This document shows positions 38,575 to 43,075 of a stretch of DNA of 43,075 nucleotides, in pieces. The DNA comes from Patescibacteria group bacterium (lineage in GTDB: Bacteria; Patescibacteriota; Minisyncoccia; Moranbacterales; UBA1568): the NCBI GenBank assembly GCA_038062975.1, contig JBBTWC010000001.1, positions 1 to 43,075 of the forward strand, in the 5' to 3' direction. The stretch's first letter is position 1; each line of letters starts with the position of its first letter. Both the position numbers and the translations under genes were made by a program. The notes under the pieces are model-generated. The model saw only the letters and a program-made list of their open reading frames with translations, made no database searches and was not told where the DNA came from.

Positions 38575-38601
38575 TATAGCAAAAGAGAGGGTGATTGAAA
38601 A
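38573..38601 (-). promoter_or_regulatory. Extended -10 promoter for the two GT-C genes
   Basis: Minus strand TTTTCA-17bp-TATAAT with TG at the extended -10 position (TGcTATAAT). Confidence 0.6.
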
Positions 38602-38608
38602 CGTTATT

Positions 38609-41497
38609 ATGTTTGATAGGTTTCGTTTTGGGCGCGCAAGTCAAGTCAATACTCCAGATGATGTCTCATCTGTTCTTCCTGTTGCTCCAAATGGAGAAGA
38701 AGCTTTACCGGAAGCATCAGTTATTCGTTTCTTTGGTGAAGGAAAAGAAAAGAAGGATTCGATGGATACTCCTGAAGAAATTGTAGATCAGACACCAGAG
38801 GGTGCTGTGGCAGAAGATTTTTCAAAGAAGGCTCTAGAGAGCGCACCGGAAGAAGAGCCTATTTCCCCTAAAGCAGATCAAGAATGGAAAGCCAAAGAAG
38901 GAGAGGCGGTAGCCTCCATTACGTTGGTGCAAAACAACATGGTGTATTATCGTGTGGTTGAGCCTGGGAAAAAAGATACCGTGCGAAATGCTACTTTGAA
39001 TTATTTTCTTTCACAGTACAATCCTTCCAAAAAAGAAGAAGGGTCTGCCGAAGAAGATGTAGAAGTAGCTTCTATTGTTGAAACGCAGGCTGAGGAAGCG
39101 ATATCGGTACCCGTAGAAGAGCAAGGAGCGGTGGATACAGAAGAAGGAGGGCTGGAGGCTTGGAAAAAGAGTAAAGCGAGAAAAGAAGATGCAGAACCAG
39201 CAGAAGCGGTGCTCTTAGAAGGAGAAGCAAAGCTTGTTTCAGAGGATGTAACCCCTGTGGTTTCTGAGGAATCCGGAGATCAGGAGGTTTTTTCAAAACG
39301 TCGCCGGAAAGGAAGAAGGGATGCGGGCCCAAAAGAGGATCTATCAGCTTCAGAAGATGCATCTCCTGAGTCGTTCGTTGAAGCTACTGTTGATGAATCA
39401 GTTCAGTCGAGAGGAGAAGAGATACTCGATGCAGAATTTGAAGATATACGGAGTGATTCTCGAGAGGTAGTACCCGCTCCTTTAGCTACTCGAGAGAATC
39501 TTGTCGCTGAAGTAGCCGATGCTCGGAAGAAATTTGCCGAGGCTGATCTTGCTCATAATAAAGCCTGGAAGGATATAGCCCGTACCATTCCAGGGTTAAA
39601 AAATTCAAAAAGTCTTATTGAGAGTTCTGATTTGACTCACTTTAGAACTGAATACCAAGGAAAACTCCAAGAACTTCGAAGCGCTGAAATTGAACGTCTC
39701 AAGAGCGAGGGTTTTTCGGGTAAGAAATTGGAACATGAGATAGAAAAGGTTGTTCGGTATTTCCAATGCGATGAAGCAGTTGCTTTGTATGAAGCCCGAA
39801 CAGAGGTGCGCAAAGAAAATCAAAACTGGGGAGGAAAAGCTCTGGAAGCCTTTGGAAATATTGGAAAGGCATATAACAAGCTTTCTTGGAAGCAAAAACT
39901 GGTTATTACTGGGGCTTGTCTCGCGGGTACCGCAGCGCTTACTCTGACGGCTGGAGTCGCTGGTGGTGCGGTGGCCGGAGGCGCTCTTTTAGCCCGAAAG
40001 TTTGTCGTAGCTGCAGGAACTACAGTGACCGCAGAAACCCTCATGAAGATGACAGGAGAGAAACTACGCGATAAAGATGATACGAAAAAGATCGGAAAGA
40101 AGGTAGAGAAACTCGGCGTGACTGAGATGGATGGAGTAAATTTTGAGCGACTCAGTCAGATACTGGATAGTGATATCGCTCATTTAGATAAGAAGCTTCA
40201 GAAAAAGAAGTGGGCGGGAATTTTGCAGAAAAGTAGTTCCTTGGCAATCGGTTTTGGAGCAACCTTTGGTATGTCGGCTCTTTTGTCGCATCCGGCTGAA
40301 GCAGCAACTCCTACGGAAACCGCTCCTGTATCAGAAACGATGAAAGTAGAGGCGTTACCTCAGGCACTTACAGATTCTCAACAAGCGGTAGATGTTCAAG
40401 CGGGTCATGAATATGTAGAGGCTTCTCCGGAAGCGCAGGCTGAAATCCGACAAACGACCGGTCTTACGGATGAGCAACTTCGTGGATTAGCAACACAGCA
40501 AGAAGCGACGGACGCTCCTCTGTCTCCAAGTGCTGAAACAAGTACAGCCTCTGCTCCGGAAGCAATTTCCGAAGCGCAAACGATCGAAGGTATTCGTGGA
40601 GAGTATACCACTACCGCTTCTGATGCGCGTCGGGGCCTTTGGGGAGTGCTTGATTCTCGTTTGCCAGAAGATATGCCCAAAGCAGAACGGGTTAAGGTTA
40701 TTAGTTCTCTTGAGAATGCAATTGCTGCTAAATTGCACGATATGTCACCTGAGCAATTACGTGCCGTTGGATTTTCTAGTGGTGATGTAAATATTATTCA
40801 TCCAGGAGATACACTAAAACTCGGAGAACTTCTTTCAGCAGATGATACAAAAACGATTCTTGAAGGAAAGATTATTTTACCGATCGAAGCTGAAGTTCCG
40901 AGTGAAATTCCTACTGAAGCACCAACACCAGATACGAGTGTTCCGGAAGCAGAAGGAAGTGTATCAAGTGACGCTTCTTTGGTTGAAAGTCCGAAAGAAG
41001 CAGTTACTGTACCAACAGAAGCAGCGGTTACTCCTGCAGCAGAAGTTGTTGCTGAAAATATTGAGGCGAAACCGGAAGGCACTTTCAAAGATCAGCTCCG
41101 TGCATTTTTTCAGGAGCACCCTGGAAAAGATAAGTTGTACCTGAGAAATCTTGCCGTATTTCGAGGACAGCTTTTTGAAACTCCAGAAGTGGGAACTCTC
41201 TCGGGGTATGATCAATCATTAGTTCAAGAAGCTATGAATCATACAGAGGTTGGACAAGTGCTTTCTGATCATGCCATGCTCGAGGGAAATAAATCTTATC
41301 TCTATGATAAGGTGGCGAATCCGTTTCATGTGAGTCAAATGGAGAATTTGGATCGTCTTGTTGTGGCAGCAGGTCGCGAATTTGGAGCTGCCGGAAGACC
41401 GGGTCCAACAGAAACAGTATCGGAATACACAAAGCGTGTCATGTTTCTTCTTTTTCAGAAGAATATTGATAATCCTTCATTTACTTTTAAGTTTTAA
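38609..41497 (+). CDS. Large acidic membrane-associated protein with a Gly/Ala hydrophobic segment and a LysM-like domain (962 aa)
   Basis: Long ORF. ATG 38609 preferred because the TTG start overlaps the divergent gene and promoters. Hydrophobic segments present; GLWG.L...SGDVNIIHPGDTLKL resembles LysM. Confidence 0.8.
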   Translation: MFDRFRFGRASQVNTPDDVSSVLPVAPNGEEALPEASVIRFFGEGKEKKDSMDTPEEIVDQTPEGAVAEDFSKKALESAPEEEPISPKADQEWKAKEGEAVASITLVQNNMVYYRVVEPGKKDTVRNATLNYFLSQYNPSKKEEGSAEEDVEVASIVETQAEEAISVPVEEQGAVDTEEGGLEAWKKSKARKEDAEPAEAVLLEGEAKLVSEDVTPVVSEESGDQEVFSKRRRKGRRDAGPKEDLSASEDASPESFVEATVDESVQSRGEEILDAEFEDIRSDSREVVPAPLATRENLVAEVADARKKFAEADLAHNKAWKDIARTIPGLKNSKSLIESSDLTHFRTEYQGKLQELRSAEIERLKSEGFSGKKLEHEIEKVVRYFQCDEAVALYEARTEVRKENQNWGGKALEAFGNIGKAYNKLSWKQKLVITGACLAGTAALTLTAGVAGGAVAGGALLARKFVVAAGTTVTAETLMKMTGEKLRDKDDTKKIGKKVEKLGVTEMDGVNFERLSQILDSDIAHLDKKLQKKKWAGILQKSSSLAIGFGATFGMSALLSHPAEAATPTETAPVSETMKVEALPQALTDSQQAVDVQAGHEYVEASPEAQAEIRQTTGLTDEQLRGLATQQEATDAPLSPSAETSTASAPEAISEAQTIEGIRGEYTTTASDARRGLWGVLDSRLPEDMPKAERVKVISSLENAIAAKLHDMSPEQLRAVGFSSGDVNIIHPGDTLKLGELLSADDTKTILEGKIILPIEAEVPSEIPTEAPTPDTSVPEAEGSVSSDASLVESPKEAVTVPTEAAVTPAAEVVAENIEAKPEGTFKDQLRAFFQEHPGKDKLYLRNLAVFRGQLFETPEVGTLSGYDQSLVQEAMNHTEVGQVLSDHAMLEGNKSYLYDKVANPFHVSQMENLDRLVVAAGREFGAAGRPGPTETVSEYTKRVMFLLFQKNIDNPSFTFKF

Positions 41498-41506
41498 TGC
41501 ATATCT

Positions 41507-41812
41507 ATGTCTATTGATCACAAACAAATCAGGGATGAGCTTTCAGAGGCATTTCATTTAGAGGGTATGCCCGTGAAACAGCAAGAAGAGCTCATTGGGA
41601 AGATGGGAGAGGCTCTTTTGAAGCGTATCTTTCTGGAAACTATGGAAAAGATTGGGGACGAAGGGGTACGAGAGTACGAAGGGCTTCTTGAGCAGGAAGC
41701 GAGTGAAGAGCAGATTTCTGATTTCTTGGAAGAAAAGATCCCGGGGTATACTGTCTTTGTCCGTGAGATTGTAGATCGTTTTAAAGAGGAGATGCAAGAG
41801 AATTTTTCTTGA
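41507..41812 (+). CDS. DUF5663-like small acidic helical protein
   Basis: L..MP..QQEEL...M...L.KRI...FL.EKIP pattern typical of this CPR family (recognised from memory, not searched). Confidence 0.7.
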   Translation: MSIDHKQIRDELSEAFHLEGMPVKQQEELIGKMGEALLKRIFLETMEKIGDEGVREYEGLLEQEASEEQISDFLEEKIPGYTVFVREIVDRFKEEMQENFS

Positions 41813-41835
41813 TAATTTAGAGTAATACGAAGAGT

Positions 41836-42246
41836 ATGCCAGAAGAGCTAATACGAGAACCAGGGCAGAGCGGAGAAGGACTGAAAGAAGGAGGTCTTTT
41901 GAGTCCTTCTATTGAATCTCTTCCTTCTGTGAATCCTGAGAAGGAGTCTGTAGTGGAGGCAAAGGATGAGCGTTACAATGAGCTTTTGGGGCAGCTCAGT
42001 ACGAATGCAAAAGCGGTGCCAGGACTTTCTGAAAAGGAAGTTTCAGATGATACAAAAGAAGTGTCGCTTCTGACTGACGAAGAGAGTCGTATACAGCATC
42101 TTTTGGATCTGGCGCATACGAAGGGAACTTTGCATGCCGTTCGAGTAGCTCGTTCGCTTCAGGATTACTACGCACTCGATCGGATGCACGATGAGCTTTC
42201 AGAAACTTTTTTCAAGAAACTTACTGAAAAAGGATTGCTTTCATAG
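41836..42246 (+). CDS. Hypothetical protein, low-complexity N-half and helical C-terminal domain
   Basis: 136-aa ORF; C-terminal I.HL..LA..KG..HAV.VAR.L.D.Y.LD..HD.L pattern that I recall from CPR genomes. Confidence 0.75.
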   Translation: MPEELIREPGQSGEGLKEGGLLSPSIESLPSVNPEKESVVEAKDERYNELLGQLSTNAKAVPGLSEKEVSDDTKEVSLLTDEESRIQHLLDLAHTKGTLHAVRVARSLQDYYALDRMHDELSETFFKKLTEKGLLS

Positions 42247-42288
42247 AGGAAGGGGCTCAAAATAAGCCAAAAAGAAATACAAAAAATA

Positions 42289-43075
42289 ATGGAAGTCTTT
42301 GATTTTAATATTTTGTTTATACCACTTGCCTGGGTATCGGCGAGTATCGCTCTTGTGAGTGGTGTTTTTTTGGTGGTCCGAAGTATTGTTTCTTTTCGAA
42401 ACCAGGTCAACGAATCTATTCAGATGGATCTTGAGGTTATCAAGGTAGTAAAGAAAAAACTTCCTGAAGGACAAAACCCAGGACAAGATAGTTGGCGTGA
42501 GGAGATTCTTGCAATGGAGCAACTTCTGGTTTCTTTGGCAGGATTTAAATCGAAAACAAAGTGGTTTACCCGGATATTTTTTAATGCACCGACGGTTGTT
42601 TTTGAAATTGCCAACCCTTCTTCTAGTGAAGAGATTTTTTTCTACCTTTCTGTACCAAGGCGTTTTCGGGAGAGTATCGAAAAGCAGGTGCACAGCTTTT
42701 TCCCGAATGCTGTTATTGAAAAGGTGCCTGATTATACGATATTTTCTCCAGAAAGTTTCACAGCTCTTTCGCTCCTTGAGCTTTCAGACCACCATGCTTT
42801 ACCGCTCCGGACCTATCGTACCTTGGATATTGATCCACTCAATGAAATTTCGAATGCACTGAGTAAGTTAGCCACTGTGGCTGAGGGCGCCGCTATTCAG
42901 GTGCTTCTTTCTCCAGCAGGGAACCGGTTTCGTTCTGAGGGAAAGCGTATTGCTCAGCACATGCAAAGCGGAAAGCGTCTCAAGGATGCTCATAGTGAAG
43001 GGACGTTTCAGGGACTCGGAACCCATATCGGAAAGCGAGTAATTCATACGCTTGATCCAACACAGAAAAAGGTAG
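42289..43075 (+). CDS. 5' part of a probable CPR VirD4/TraD-like (DUF87/type IV coupling) membrane ATPase; truncated by the window end and absent from the ORF track
   Basis: Manual translation is open to the end: MEVFDFNILF-(TM)...MEQLLVSL...VFEIA...IFFYLSVP...IEKQVHSFFPNA.IE.V.DY.IF...LPLRTY...DPLNEISNALSKL...AAIQVLLSP. The Walker motifs are not within the window. Confidence 0.7.
   Translation, partial: MEVFDFNILFIPLAWVSASIALVSGVFLVVRSIVSFRNQVNESIQMDLEVIKVVKKKLPEGQNPGQDSWREEILAMEQLLVSLAGFKSKTKWFTRIFFNAPTVVFEIANPSSSEEIFFYLSVPRRFRESIEKQVHSFFPNAVIEKVPDYTIFSPESFTALSLLELSDHHALPLRTYRTLDIDPLNEISNALSKLATVAEGAAIQVLLSPAGNRFRSEGKRIAQHMQSGKRLKDAHSEGTFQGLGTHIGKRVIHTLDPTQKKV

Noticed and set aside
38495-38608. 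N-terminal extension (apparent signal peptide) of the 1000-aa ORF
   Set aside because: The TTG start overlaps the divergent gene and both promoters; the hydrophobicity reflects T-rich intergenic DNA
40890-41060. Pro/Thr/Glu/Ala-rich stretch as a tandem repeat or CRISPR array
   Set aside because: Only low-complexity coding similarity (EVPSEIPTEAPT, TEAAVTPAAE); no exact repeats or repeat-spacer periodicity were seen here or elsewhere in the window
42241-42862. 150-aa minus-strand and 121-aa plus-strand ORFs
   Set aside because: They overlap the longer open frame from 42289 to the window end, which has protein-like motifs
1-43075. Alternative genetic code (UGA = Gly) or introns/inteins in core genes
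   Set aside because: Core genes translate full length under code 11 with normal sizes, and TGA ends murA, a GT4 and the DUF5663-like gene

Overview
Core-genome window of a Patescibacteria (CPR, Parcubacteria-like) bacterium. It uses genetic code 11, since TGA acts as a stop, and it shows no Shine-Dalgarno usage and no rpmD/L30. The first part holds the 3' end of a tRNA-Pro, rpmB (missed by the ORF track) and a site-2 protease. A contiguous str-S10-spc superoperon follows (rpsL to map, with a DUF1653 gene inserted between rpsG and fusA) and ends at yqgF/ruvX instead of continuing into infA-rpmJ-rpsM-rpsK-rpoA. The middle holds a GT2-galT-tpiA-fba-gap cluster, an apparently catalytically degenerate D-aminoacylase-like protein, murD, trxB, murA-mreB, two GT4s, holB and ftsQ. 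The last part holds two membrane ArnT/PMT-type glycosyltransferases transcribed divergently from a four-gene locus: a roughly 960-aa membrane/LysM-like protein, a DUF5663-like protein, a small hypothetical protein and a truncated gene resembling the CPR VirD4/TraD-like ATPase N-terminus. The most notable signals are that secretion-like locus, the putative pseudo-amidohydrolase, two structured non-coding regions (rpsJ-rplC and the murA leader) and a near-invariant U at -1 of start codons. No mobile elements or CRISPR arrays were seen. Family assignments come from motif recognition, not database searches.
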